Source: an uncultured Eggerthellaceae bacterium (GTDB lineage: Bacteria > Actinomycetota > Coriobacteriia > Coriobacteriales > Eggerthellaceae). From it: a stretch of 49,136 nucleotides of DNA. Numbering within the stretch: the stretch's first letter is position 1; every line of letters begins with the position of its first letter. Shown one piece after another: positions 31,154-40,452 of this stretch. The notes under the pieces were generated by a model. The model saw only the letters and a list, made by a program, of their open reading frames with translations, did no database searches and was not told the origin of the DNA. The stretch lies in contig CAJOJB010000013.1 in assembly GCA_905234635.1 (NCBI GenBank), positions 1 through 49,136 on the forward strand. The letters run 5' to 3'. The translations under genes and the position numbers were made by a program.

Positions 31154-32431
31154 TTGGCTGCCGAGAGTGCAAAAAAGGGATCGCTTGGCGAAATTTTTAC
31201 ACGCGACTTTCTTTTGCTTACGACTATCAACCTGTCGACCTTTTTTGGCTTTCAGATGGTCAATATCGGTTTGCCTCTGTACATGGACCAGTTGGGGGCA
31301 ACGGGCCAAATAGTTGGTCTTGCCACCACGCTCATGACCGTCACGGCCACCCTTGTGCGTGTGTTTGCAGGCGCCTTGCTTGACCGCTTTGGCCGCACGG
31401 GCATGCTTATCGCAGGTGCTTTTGTTATGGCTTGCACGATTGTTTCGTACGCCATCTTTCCCTTTGTGGGCATAATCTTGGGTCTGCGTCTGCTTCACGG
31501 TTTTGGTTGGGGTATGGGTTCTACGGCGTCATCCACGCTTGCGGCAGATATTATTCCCAAGCATCGCTTTGCTGAAGGCATGGGCTATTTTGCTATGACA
31601 AATGCCCTGTCAAGTGCTGTGGCGCCCGTAGTGGCACTTGCCCTGGTCGACGGCCCTGGCGCGGTATACATGATTTATGTTGCTGCGGGTATAACGCTTA
31701 TTTCCTTAGTTCTTTCATTCATCGAGCACCAGTTCTTGAAACAAGGTCTTCCTCGTGAAGCTGGACTGCGGGACGAACAGGGGGCCGCAGAAGTGGCCGC
31801 CGACAATCCTAAAAACAACGCTTCCGCCGTGCCGCAAGGGCAAGCGTATACGAAGCTCGAAACACTCTTCGATCGACGTGCTGTGCTGCCTGGCGTTCTT
31901 ATGATGCTGGTAAATATCGGCTTTGGTTGCATTACGACCTTTATCGCGCTTCACGCAAGCAGCCAGGGTGTAGAAGGTGTTTCAATTTACTTTGTTATGT
32001 ATGCCATTTCTACGTTTGTCAGCCGCCCCGTTATCGGTCGTCTTATCGACCAACATGGGTTCCGTATTCCAGCGATATTTGCGACCTTGTGCACAGCGGG
32101 GACGCTTGTGCTTATTGGCGCGGCAACTAATGTGCTCATGTTTGCTGCTGCGGGCGTGTTTGGTGGCCTGGGTATTGGTACCGCTATGGGCACCTACCAG
32201 ACCATGGCCGTAGTAAGTGTGGAGCCTTGGCGTCGCGGCGTGGCAACTTCTACCTATATGACCTTGTTCGACATTGGTATTGCCGTTGGGTCACTCATTG
32301 GTGGCATTATTGCCGACGCGTCTGGTTACCGCGTTATGTACTATGTTGTTGCCGCGTTTTCGCTGGCTGCTTGCCTTATTTCTTTTGCGCGTGTGAAAAA
32401 CGACAAACCGGTTGTGGGCGGACCACGCTAA
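31154..32431 (+). CDS. MFS transporter
   Basis: 12-TM-type profile with an ...LLDRFGR... motif in the loop 2-3 position. TTG start 5 nt after GAAGGAGG. Confidence 0.85.
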   Translation: MAAESAKKGSLGEIFTRDFLLLTTINLSTFFGFQMVNIGLPLYMDQLGATGQIVGLATTLMTVTATLVRVFAGALLDRFGRTGMLIAGAFVMACTIVSYAIFPFVGIILGLRLLHGFGWGMGSTASSTLAADIIPKHRFAEGMGYFAMTNALSSAVAPVVALALVDGPGAVYMIYVAAGITLISLVLSFIEHQFLKQGLPREAGLRDEQGAAEVAADNPKNNASAVPQGQAYTKLETLFDRRAVLPGVLMMLVNIGFGCITTFIALHASSQGVEGVSIYFVMYAISTFVSRPVIGRLIDQHGFRIPAIFATLCTAGTLVLIGAATNVLMFAAAGVFGGLGIGTAMGTYQTMAVVSVEPWRRGVATSTYMTLFDIGIAVGSLIGGIIADASGYRVMYYVVAAFSLAACLISFARVKNDKPVVGGPR

Positions 32432-32469
32432 GGAACTAGTTTGTCGCTGGCGGTTCGCTGGTTGAGCGC

Positions 32470-33114
32470 TTATTCGCCGTGCTTTTCGCGGCACATCTTG
32501 CACAGGCGATAACCCTCCTCTGCAGGGTAGGTGGCCTGTAGTTCTTCGAGCGTACCGTTGAAATATATTTTGTTATGGTCGCGCATGTCGCCCAGGGCTT
32601 CGCAGTCGGGGTAGTGGTAGACGCCCGACCCCCTGTTAATAACGAAGTCGGCCGCAGCTTCTTCGGCCGTGGGAACGTAGGCCTCTTTTTGTTTGGTGCC
32701 GTCGGCTTCGTTTTCACCCGTGGCATAGTTTATAGCCACGCCAGGTTCCACGTTGTAGCAATACACGCAGAACTGAATGCCATTTCCGCTGTCTTCGACC
32801 GATTCTGCTTCGATGAGTACTCCATTCGCCACCAGGTTATCGGACCAAAAAATGGGTGTTACGCGATAGAGCACGCTGTTGTTCGTGCGATAGATGTAGC
32901 GCATGACGGCGTCTTCGAAGGGGCGCATGCCTTCGATGTTTAAAGTACGCGTGCCCGTTATCAGGTTTTGTGGGTTATCGCCTTCGGCTGCGAGCGACCA
33001 CGCAATTAAATGGCAGCGGTTGTAAAGGAACTGGTAGTCCACGAAGTCATATTTGTTTACTTGCCAGCCCGTGGGGTTGTACTTCAGGTCGCCCTGGCGT
33101 TCTTCGGTGGGCAT
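32470..33114 (-). CDS. DNA/RNA non-specific endonuclease (DNA-entry nuclease family); conserved domain continues upstream of the first ATG to the TGA at 33358-33360
   Basis: YNRCHLIAWSL...NPQNLITGT...VLYRVTPIF...NVEPGVAINYATG motifs. Codons 33357-33115 encode ...IEINGNTPFFSEEDR..FETYSELDELGRAGVAFALI, which belongs to the same domain but contains no ATG/GTG/TTG. Confidence 0.75.
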   Translation of the reverse strand: MPTEERQGDLKYNPTGWQVNKYDFVDYQFLYNRCHLIAWSLAAEGDNPQNLITGTRTLNIEGMRPFEDAVMRYIYRTNNSVLYRVTPIFWSDNLVANGVLIEAESVEDSGNGIQFCVYCYNVEPGVAINYATGENEADGTKQKEAYVPTAEEAAADFVINRGSGVYHYPDCEALGDMRDHNKIYFNGTLEELQATYPAEEGYRLCKMCREKHGE

Positions 33115-33357
33115 GGTATCGCGCGTAATAAGGGCAAAAGCTACGCCCGCGCGCCCTAGTTCGTCCAGTTCACTATAGGTTTCGAAAGGCCCGCGCGTGC
33201 GGTCTTCTTCGGAGAAGAAGGGGGTGTTGCCATTGATTTCAATCGAGAGTGCATCTGAATATGCGGGTACGCTATCAAGTTGGATAGGTGCCTCAGTTGC
33301 GCTGCTACTACTGTCTTCAATTTCTAGCTCGTCTGCTTCGGTCCCCGCCGGCGTCCT

Positions 33358-33870
33358 TCAGGCGCTAAAGGTTTCAACGGGTTCGTTTACATAGCTTGAT
33401 TCTTCAGGTATGAAGGTCATTCCTAGACCGCCGTTGACTTCGAAAACAAAAGTCTGCACTTCTGCGGGTTCTTCGTCCTCCCAGCTGCGCTTAAGCTCGC
33501 AGGTCAGCGTGGCTTTTCCAGGTGCGCGAGCAATAATATTTACATAGTCACGCATGGGCCCACCCGTGGTGGATTCCTTGCTGTCGGACATGTTTTCGGT
33601 GTGCGTGCCAATGATGTCAAAGATATCTTCGGGCTCTACGGTACACACCCATTCGTAACCTGTGCCTGCATTGTAATCGAGCAGTACAGCATAGCGCTCT
33701 TCCAGGTCGGTCGTGATTGGTTCGTCGCTGCTGTTCGGGCTGACCGAACTCGGAGAACTTGATGTTTGTGCTGGTAGTTTGCACGCCGTAAGGGCAAAGC
33801 ATGTTGCAAGGCACAGTATGGCAAGCAAGACGATAACAAGGTGGGTACGAACGTTGCGAATGCCAGCCAT
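33358..33870 (-). CDS. lipoprotein with chagasin-like (inhibitor I42) domain
   Basis: Signal peptide plus lipobox ALTAC. NAGTGYEW, TTGGP and KRSWEDEEP resemble chagasin-family motifs. GAGGAGG SD. The stop TGA is in the same frame as the nuclease ORF. Confidence 0.65.
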   Translation of the reverse strand: MAGIRNVRTHLVIVLLAILCLATCFALTACKLPAQTSSSPSSVSPNSSDEPITTDLEERYAVLLDYNAGTGYEWVCTVEPEDIFDIIGTHTENMSDSKESTTGGPMRDYVNIIARAPGKATLTCELKRSWEDEEPAEVQTFVFEVNGGLGMTFIPEESSYVNEPVETFSA

Positions 33871-33940
33871 GATGCCTCCTCTATCTGGGCGTATATGGGC
33901 CTGGGGAAATTCTACACCTTAATACGGTAAGATTGAGTAT

Positions 33941-34879
33941 ATGAAAACGAGCGGTAAACAAGAAAAAAGTGGCAAGCTGGTTATTTGTCCCACGCCCCTA
34001 GGCAATTTGGGCGACATGCCGCCACGCGCCCTGGAAGCCCTGCGTGAAGCAGATGTAGTGTGTTGCGAAGATACGCGCGTCACGGGCAAACTGTTGGCAG
34101 CGTTGGGCGTGGAAGGTGTACGTCTGGAGCGCATGGACGAAGCAATCATTCGTATGCCGTTGAACCGCGCTGGTATGACGGGCGGGTCGTTGTCTGCTGG
34201 CGACCAAATAACTAACGGCGATGCGCTTGTTAGCCGAGCGCTCGGCGGGGAAGTGATTGTGTACTGCAGCGACGCGGGCATGCCTGGTGTTTCCGACCCG
34301 GGGCAGCTTCTTGTGGCGCTCGCACGCAAAATGGGTGTACCTGTGGACGTGCTGCCCGGTCCCACGGCGGCCACAACGGCCTATGTGGCCAGCGGTTTCA
34401 CCTGTCCGCGTTTTTACTTCGGTGGGTTTTTCCCACGCAAGGCAGGGGAGCGCACGAAAGTTCTTGAAAGCGTGCGTGCTCTGGACGCTGTCGCCCTGTT
34501 CTATGAAAGCCCGAAGCGCTTGGTGGCATGTCTTGAGGCTATCGCGGCTGTGTTTCCAAAGCGCATGGTTGCGGTTTGTCGTGAACTTTCTAAGCTGCAT
34601 GAAGAAGTTGCTATCGACCTCGCCCCTGCACTGGCGGACTATTTTGCGTCCCGCGAAGCGAACGAGGGTATCAAGGGTGAAATAGTGGTTGTAATCGATG
34701 TGGCAAATGAAGACGAACTTGCTGAAGCCAGTAATTGTGCCCTTGATCGCGCCACGCAGGCCGCTCTCGACATGCTTGCTGCGGGTGAGCTTTCCAAAAA
34801 AGAGGTAATACAAAGGCTGCAAGAAGAATTTGGCATTTCGCGCAACGCTGCCTACCAGTTGGTGCATGTAACAAAATAG
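33941..34879 (+). CDS. rsmI: 16S rRNA (cytidine1402-2'-O)-methyltransferase
   Basis: LVICPTPLGNLGDMPPRALEALREADVVCCEDTR and SDAGMPGVSDPG motifs. Confidence 0.9.
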   Translation: MKTSGKQEKSGKLVICPTPLGNLGDMPPRALEALREADVVCCEDTRVTGKLLAALGVEGVRLERMDEAIIRMPLNRAGMTGGSLSAGDQITNGDALVSRALGGEVIVYCSDAGMPGVSDPGQLLVALARKMGVPVDVLPGPTAATTAYVASGFTCPRFYFGGFFPRKAGERTKVLESVRALDAVALFYESPKRLVACLEAIAAVFPKRMVAVCRELSKLHEEVAIDLAPALADYFASREANEGIKGEIVVVIDVANEDELAEASNCALDRATQAALDMLAAGELSKKEVIQRLQEEFGISRNAAYQLVHVTK

Positions 34880-35163
34880 CACCTACAATCTGTTGCGGAA
34901 ATGGGTGCACGAAGGCCCATTTGCGTCTTTGTTTTGCCCACAAGCGCTTCACAAGTCCTGCATTTCTATAAGCCCTGTTCGCTATGTAAAGAAAGCCATT
35001 TTTGCGTGTAAAAAGCCCTCTTTTGTGTTTCCAGCCCGTAAAGCGCTGCATGCCATTCAGGTATAATAAAGGCACTTTTCAGCCACTCGTTTGAAGTGGT
35101 CGCGCATAGGAAAGCATATGGGTAGCCGTGCATGTTTGCAGCTGCCCCAGAAAGGTTAAGTAC

Positions 35164-36336
35164 ATGCTAAAAACTCTGAGGAGCAATTCCAAGGCTATTG
35201 CCGCGCTTGCTGCTGCTTTGCTTGTACTTGCGTTCTTGTACGGGCAGTCAGCATTCGCCGACGAACCCGAAATTGTTTTGAACGATCAGGTGACCGAAGA
35301 GCTTTCGAACCTGCAGGCTCAGATTGAATCGACCGCCGCCGACTACGACCAGGCGGTTGCACTTATCGACGAACTGCAGGGCAAGATTGACACCAACCAG
35401 GCACGTATCGACGAAATTAATGCTGCGCTTCCGAGCCAAAAAGCCAATGCTGCGGGTGCGCTTAAGCTTCTGTATATTCTTCAGGCTGAAGGCTACAACA
35501 TTGTTAACCTTGCACTTTCGGCCGACAATCTTACCGATTTCCTGAAGCAGGTCGACTATATCGACTGCATCCACCAGCATTCTGCAGGCGAAATTACCAA
35601 GTTGGATTCCATGAAGGACGAACTGGAAACCACTCAGGACCAGCTTGCAAAAGACAAGGAAGAAGCCGAAACGGCAGCCGACCGTGCGGAACGCGCCATG
35701 GAACAGGCTAAGGCGGCTCGTCAGCAGGCACAAGAAGAAGCCATAGCCCAGGCAAAGGCTGAAGCAGAAGCCAATGCGGCTGCGAATGCGGCGGCTGAAG
35801 AAGCGGCCCTGGCTGCTGCGGCTGAAGCTATGGCGGCAGTTCAAGCCGAAGGTGGCGACGAAGAAGCTGCTGCTGTGGCTGCTCAGGAAGCCGCCCAGGA
35901 AGCCTATGTTGAAGCGGGCGGGACCACTTCCGCTGCGGCGTCTTCTGGTCTTTCTGCTGTCGACTGGGACGTGACCAAGGAAGACTTTGTGAGCGAATGG
36001 GCTGGCCGCATCAATAACTACCTTGAAGGTTCTGCTATGGCAGGCCAGGGCGAAAATTACGCGGAAGCCGCCTGGAAGTACGGCGTGGATCCACGCATCA
36101 GTCCTGCAATTTCTACCGTAGAAAGTGCTACGGGTAGCGTTTGCTTCCGCGACTACAATGCGTGGGGCTGGGGCAATTCGAGCTGGTCTTCGTGGGACGA
36201 AGCGATTGACGCTCACGTAAGTGGTTACGCCCATGGCTACAGCAATAATGTCACCATTGAAGACGCATCGAAGTATTGCCCGCCTAATGCTGGTGAATGG
36301 CAAAACCAGGTTATCAACAACATGGAGAGCATGTAA
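35164..36336 (+). CDS. secreted coiled-coil protein with C-terminal lysozyme/glucosaminidase-like domain (PcsB/CwlO-like architecture)
   Basis: Signal peptide ...LYGQSAFA, a long heptad/Ala-Glu-rich region, and C-terminal ...AEAAWKYGVDPRISPAISTVESATGS...NAWGWG.... The ATG at 35164 is preferred. Confidence 0.7.
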   Translation: MLKTLRSNSKAIAALAAALLVLAFLYGQSAFADEPEIVLNDQVTEELSNLQAQIESTAADYDQAVALIDELQGKIDTNQARIDEINAALPSQKANAAGALKLLYILQAEGYNIVNLALSADNLTDFLKQVDYIDCIHQHSAGEITKLDSMKDELETTQDQLAKDKEEAETAADRAERAMEQAKAARQQAQEEAIAQAKAEAEANAAANAAAEEAALAAAAEAMAAVQAEGGDEEAAAVAAQEAAQEAYVEAGGTTSAAASSGLSAVDWDVTKEDFVSEWAGRINNYLEGSAMAGQGENYAEAAWKYGVDPRISPAISTVESATGSVCFRDYNAWGWGNSSWSSWDEAIDAHVSGYAHGYSNNVTIEDASKYCPPNAGEWQNQVINNMESM

Positions 36337-36384
36337 GCATATATTGTATGTACTCAACGAAAACCACTAAATAGAGTACACTTA

Positions 36385-36410
36385 CAGGAGCGGTTTCCGC
36401 TCCTGTTTTT
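36385..36410 (+). terminator. rho-independent terminator between the two coiled-coil genes
   Basis: CAGGAGCG-gtttc-CGCTCCTG followed by TTTTTG. Confidence 0.7.
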
Positions 36411-36421
36411 GTGAGGGATAT

Positions 36422-37582
36422 ATGCTTACACTGAGAGCTCACAATTTTTTCTTGGTTGCCCTAGGCATAGCCTTGGCGTGCCTTGTCCTGCTGTTTTCTT
36501 TTGTTGCGGAGCAGCCCCTGTTTGCTTTTGCTGACGAAGAAGAAAATGTTTCGTTGGTAATTGCTGGTGAAGAAGAAGTGGCCGATGTGGTTACCGTTGA
36601 ATCGCTCGACCTTCCAGCGTGGGCAGCAGAAGACGAAGACATCGCAGTATTTCTGACCACCATTAATGAAAGGGCTAACGACGTTAAGGCCGCGGAAGAA
36701 AACGCTGCTGCTGCCGAACAGGGTGTGGCCCTTGCCCAGCAAAAAGTCGAAGAGCTGCAGGGTCAGATCGAAGACATGAAGGCAACGGTTAAGGAAACCG
36801 AAGGACAGCTGACCAACCAGAAACAAAAAAGCGCCGATGCTTTGAAGCTTCAATACATGCTCGATGCTTCTGGTTTTAATTTAACGGATTTTATTTTTTC
36901 GAGCACGACACTTAACGACTTCGTGCGTAATCTGGAATATATGGACCATCTGCAGGACTTGAATTTGTCTGAGATTGGTCGCTATGCCGAAATGAAGGCT
37001 GAATACGAACAGGTTCAGACCGACTTGGAAAAGAAGGAATCGGAAGCCGCCGAAGAACAGCGCGTGGCCGACGCCAGGCTTGAAGATTCCCGTGCCAAGC
37101 TTGATGAAGCCAAGGCAGCTCGTGTCCAGGCTGAAGAAGACCTTGCGGCTGAAGTTGCCGCACGCGCTAAGGCGCTCGAAGATACGGGTACCATAGACGA
37201 CAACGTGAATTGGGACATGAGCAAGGAAGACTTCATTAAAGAATGGGGCGATCGTATCGACGCCTATTTGGGCAGTGCGCCTTTGGGCGGCAACGGCAAG
37301 GTCTTTGCCGAAGCTGCCTGGGACAATCATATAGACCCTCGTTGGAGTCCAGCTATTTCCTGCGTTGAAAGTGGTAAGGGCAGAATATGCTTCTTGCCGC
37401 ACAATGCCTGGGGCTGGGGTCAGTCCAGCTGGTCTTCTTGGCCTGAAGCCATTAAGGCACATGTGGCTGGTTTGGCCAAGGGCTATGGTTATTCGGTTAC
37501 GCTGGAAAAGGCCATGAAATACTGCCCGCCGAACGCCCAGGAATGGTACGTTCAGTGCGTGGGCGAAATGCGCCTAATATAG
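36422..37582 (+). CDS. paralogous secreted coiled-coil protein with the same C-terminal domain
   Basis: The C-terminus ...AEAAWDNHIDPRWSPAISCVESGKGR...NAWGWGQSSWSSW...KYCPPNAQEW is collinear with the upstream protein. Confidence 0.7.
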   Translation: MLTLRAHNFFLVALGIALACLVLLFSFVAEQPLFAFADEEENVSLVIAGEEEVADVVTVESLDLPAWAAEDEDIAVFLTTINERANDVKAAEENAAAAEQGVALAQQKVEELQGQIEDMKATVKETEGQLTNQKQKSADALKLQYMLDASGFNLTDFIFSSTTLNDFVRNLEYMDHLQDLNLSEIGRYAEMKAEYEQVQTDLEKKESEAAEEQRVADARLEDSRAKLDEAKAARVQAEEDLAAEVAARAKALEDTGTIDDNVNWDMSKEDFIKEWGDRIDAYLGSAPLGGNGKVFAEAAWDNHIDPRWSPAISCVESGKGRICFLPHNAWGWGQSSWSSWPEAIKAHVAGLAKGYGYSVTLEKAMKYCPPNAQEWYVQCVGEMRLI

Positions 37583-37769
37583 TTTCGTTGTTTCGACAAA
37601 CAACGAAGTGAATCGACATCGCATTCAATTTCACTGACTTTGTAGCCACCTAATGCCTTGAATATGATTTTTCCCGACACTGTGGCTAGCCAAAGCCCCC
37701 CGAATATGGTTTTCTTCGACTCTGCGCCTACCTGGGGTATCATAGTGTGGCTTGAGTGAAAGAGGAATT

Positions 37770-39330
37770 ATGTCTAAAGGAACGTTTTACATTACTACGC
37801 CTATTTACTACGTGAATGCTGCGCCGCATCTGGGTACGGCTTATACCACGGTGGGCGCCGACACGCTGGCGCGTTTTAAGCGCATGGACGGCTATGATGT
37901 GCGTTTTGTAACAGGTATGGACGAACATGGCCAAAAGGTGGCTGAAACCGCCGAAAAGCAAGGCATGGCCCCGCAGGAATGGTGTGACAGTATGGAGCCG
38001 GCATTTCGTGATGCCTGGGACTTGCTTGATATTACCTATACGGATTTTGTGCGTACATCGAGCGAGCGTCATGCGCGCACGGTGCGGGACTTCCTGAACC
38101 GTGTTAACGATGCAGGTTGGCTGTATAAGGCCAGTTACGAAGGCTGGTATTGCGTTCATGAAGAAACCTACTACGCCGAATCCGACTTGGAAAAGAATGA
38201 CGACGGCGAATTCGTGTGTCCCGACTGCAAGCGCCCCGTGCGTTACGAAAGCGGTGGGGAAGAAAACTGGTTCTTTAAGCTGTCTGCCTTTCAGGACAAA
38301 CTGCTGGAATTTTATGAGCAGCATCCCGATTTTATCCAGCCAGAAACGCGCCGCAACGAAATCGTGACCTTCGTGAGGGGCGGCCTGAAGGATTTGTCCA
38401 TTTCGCGTTCGACCTTCAACTGGGGCGTTCCGTTCCCCTTTGACGCCGACCATGTGGCCTACGTGTGGTTCGACGCACTGCTGTCTTACTTTACGGGCAT
38501 TGGCTATGCCGATGCTGCTCGCGAAGGTGAATGGGAACGTTTCTGGCCAGCGGCCTTCCACTTTGTGGGCAAGGATATTACGCGTTTCCACTGCGTTATT
38601 TGGCCAGCTATGCTTATGGCGGCGGGTATGGAAGTGCCTGAGTACCAAGGGCGAAAAGATGTCGAAGTCCAAGGGCAATGGCGTGCGTCCAGCTGATTTG
38701 GTGAAGGTTTTTGGCGTGGATGCGTATCGCTACTATTTCTTAAGCGACGTTCAGTTTGGTCATGATGGCAATATCTCACTTGAACGCATGGTTGAAGTGT
38801 ACAACCATGATTTAGCTAATACTTGGGGTAACTTGTGCAGCCGCGTGTTTAATATGACGGGCAAGTACTTCGACGGTAAGGTGCCCTCTGTGCCTGAAGG
38901 TGCCGCAGTTGCTAATCCGCTGGCGGAAGTGGCCGCGGGCTTGTATGCTGAATACGAAGCCTGTATGAGCAAGGTGGACTTTACGGGCGCCGCGCGCGCC
39001 GTCCAGAAGCTGGCGGAAGCGGCGAACTTGTACGTGGAAAACATGGCGCCATGGAACCTGGCGAAGAGCGAAGAAACGGCTGACGAACTGGCGGCTGTCA
39101 TGTATAACCTGCTGGAAGCTTGCCGTATTATTGCTCTGTTTATGGCACCGTTTATGCCCAATACTTCGCAGGAAGTGTTCAATCGCCTAGGTCTGGGTAC
39201 GCTGGATGATGTTGCAGACATTGAAGCGGCGGCTGCCTGGGGTGGTCTGCCCGCGGGCAACACCGTGGTTACGCGCGACCCACTCTTCCCGCGCCTCGAC
39301 GTTGACGCTATTGACCTCAACCTGGAATAA
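37770..39330 (+). pseudogene. metG: methionine--tRNA ligase, reading frame broken near 38640
   Basis: N-terminal ORF: MSKGTFYITTPIYYVNAAPHLGTAYT (HIGH-type) ... FHCVIWPAMLMAAGMEVPE, then out of frame. The second frame (ORF 38440-39330) carries TKGEKMSKSKGNGV (KMSKS). About 8-10 residues normally found between the two pieces are missing. Confidence 0.8.
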
Positions 39331-39337
39331 TTGTTTT

Positions 39338-39467
39338 TGGGAATTTGGGGTCGGAGGATTTTTCCCATGTTTACCATGCAGGACACTTCATCGTCTGTTT
39401 TTGGGAAAAATACCTCCGACCCCGAATTCCCATTTTTGGGAAAAAATTCTCCGACCCCAAATTCCCA
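39338..39467. repeat. three arms of the same palindromic repeat family (one forward, two reverse) at the metG/tatD junction
   Basis: 39338-39367 is tgggaatttggggtcggaggatttttccca. 39402-39432 and 39437-39467 are its near-exact reverse complements. The arm differs from that at 20751 at only two positions. Confidence 0.85.
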
Positions 39468-40452
39468 AATTGCAAGAACGCCGGGTGGGGACGAGCCCTT
39501 TGGTTCGGATGTGGTTACGCAGTTTAACGACGCGCTCTTCCGCTGCAAGAAGAAGCATAAGATTCGTGAAGTTCCTCCGCCTGAGCCAGCGCTTGAAGCG
39601 CCCGTGGCAGACACGCATATCCACCTTGCCATGATGCGCGACCCTGCGCTGGTTATTGCGCGCGCGGCCGTACATGGCATTGGTTTTATCTGCTGTATGG
39701 CCGACCCCGCGTCTGCGGCAAATGTGGTGTATTCCCAGATAGATAGCTGGTTTGCTGAAGCCGAAGAGCGCCTGCGCAGCATTGCGCCAGGCGTTGAAGT
39801 GCAGCTGCCTGCCTATCGCATTTCCTGTGGCGTGCACCCCCATGACGCGCGCCTCTACGATGCAGCTATGGAAGCGCAGTTGCTTGAATATTGGAAGGAC
39901 CCGCGCACGGGTTGTGTGGGCGAGTTGGGCCTGGACTTTCATTACGATTTCAGCCCGCGCGATGTGCAGCGCGAAGTTTTTGCACGTCAGGTAGAGCTCA
40001 TGCATCAAACGGGGCTGCCGCTCACTTTGCACCAGCGCGAATCGCACGACGAAGCGCTTGTCATTATGGACGAGGTTGGCTTCCCCGAGGCGGGCACCAT
40101 TTTGCATTGTTTCAACTTGGGCACCAAAGAACTTATGCCGTGGGTGGAACGCGGCTGCTATATTGCGGTGGGCGGTGCGGTTACTTTCGGTTCGTCGGAA
40201 GACTTGCGCGACGCCTTGGCGCATATTCCGCGCGACAAGTTCCTCTTTGAAACCGACGGTCCCTTCATGGCACCTGCGCCTTTCCGCAGTGTGGAATGTG
40301 GGGCGGACCTGACCATCTTTACGGCCGAATTTATTGCCGAACAGTTGGGCTTTGAGCCTGGTCCTGAGCGCGCAAGCTTCTTGCGCGACGTGTACAACAA
40401 TTCACTTTCGCTTTTGAACAGGGAGGTTACGCCATGGCAAAGCGCCTCGTAA
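39367..40452 (+). CDS. tatD: TatD family hydrolase (start uncertain; N-terminal about 45 codons overlap the repeat arms)
   Basis: ADTHIHL, ...GELGLDFHY... and ...LFETDGPFM... motifs. The ATG at 39367 lies 9-10 nt after a GGAGG contributed by the repeat arm. Alternative starts are 39376 (ATG) or 39511 (GTG). Confidence 0.75.
   Translation: MFTMQDTSSSVFGKNTSDPEFPFLGKNSPTPNSQIARTPGGDEPFGSDVVTQFNDALFRCKKKHKIREVPPPEPALEAPVADTHIHLAMMRDPALVIARAAVHGIGFICCMADPASAANVVYSQIDSWFAEAEERLRSIAPGVEVQLPAYRISCGVHPHDARLYDAAMEAQLLEYWKDPRTGCVGELGLDFHYDFSPRDVQREVFARQVELMHQTGLPLTLHQRESHDEALVIMDEVGFPEAGTILHCFNLGTKELMPWVERGCYIAVGGAVTFGSSEDLRDALAHIPRDKFLFETDGPFMAPAPFRSVECGADLTIFTAEFIAEQLGFEPGPERASFLRDVYNNSLSLLNREVTPWQSAS

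Noticed and set aside
33340-33360. Selenocysteine recoding of the in-frame TGA between the I42-like ORF and the nuclease.
   Set aside because: The codon lies in a linker rather than a redox motif. Downstream sequence shows only a short self-complementary CGCCGGCG, not a SECIS-like stem-loop at the expected spacing.
35060-35163. Possible riboswitch (for example a c-di-AMP ydaO-type) in the long leader of the first coiled-coil wall-hydrolase-like gene.
   Set aside because: I could not recognise the conserved ydaO core or its pseudo-twofold architecture. Only a TATAAT-like box and weak hairpins are present. A covariance-model scan would settle it.
37640-37720. Direct repeat gaatatgatttttcccgacactg / gaatatggttttcttcgactctg upstream of metG; possibly a decayed copy of the palindromic element.
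   Set aside because: Similarity to the GGGAATTTGGGG.CGGAGG arms is limited to short T/C-rich stretches, which is too weak to claim.
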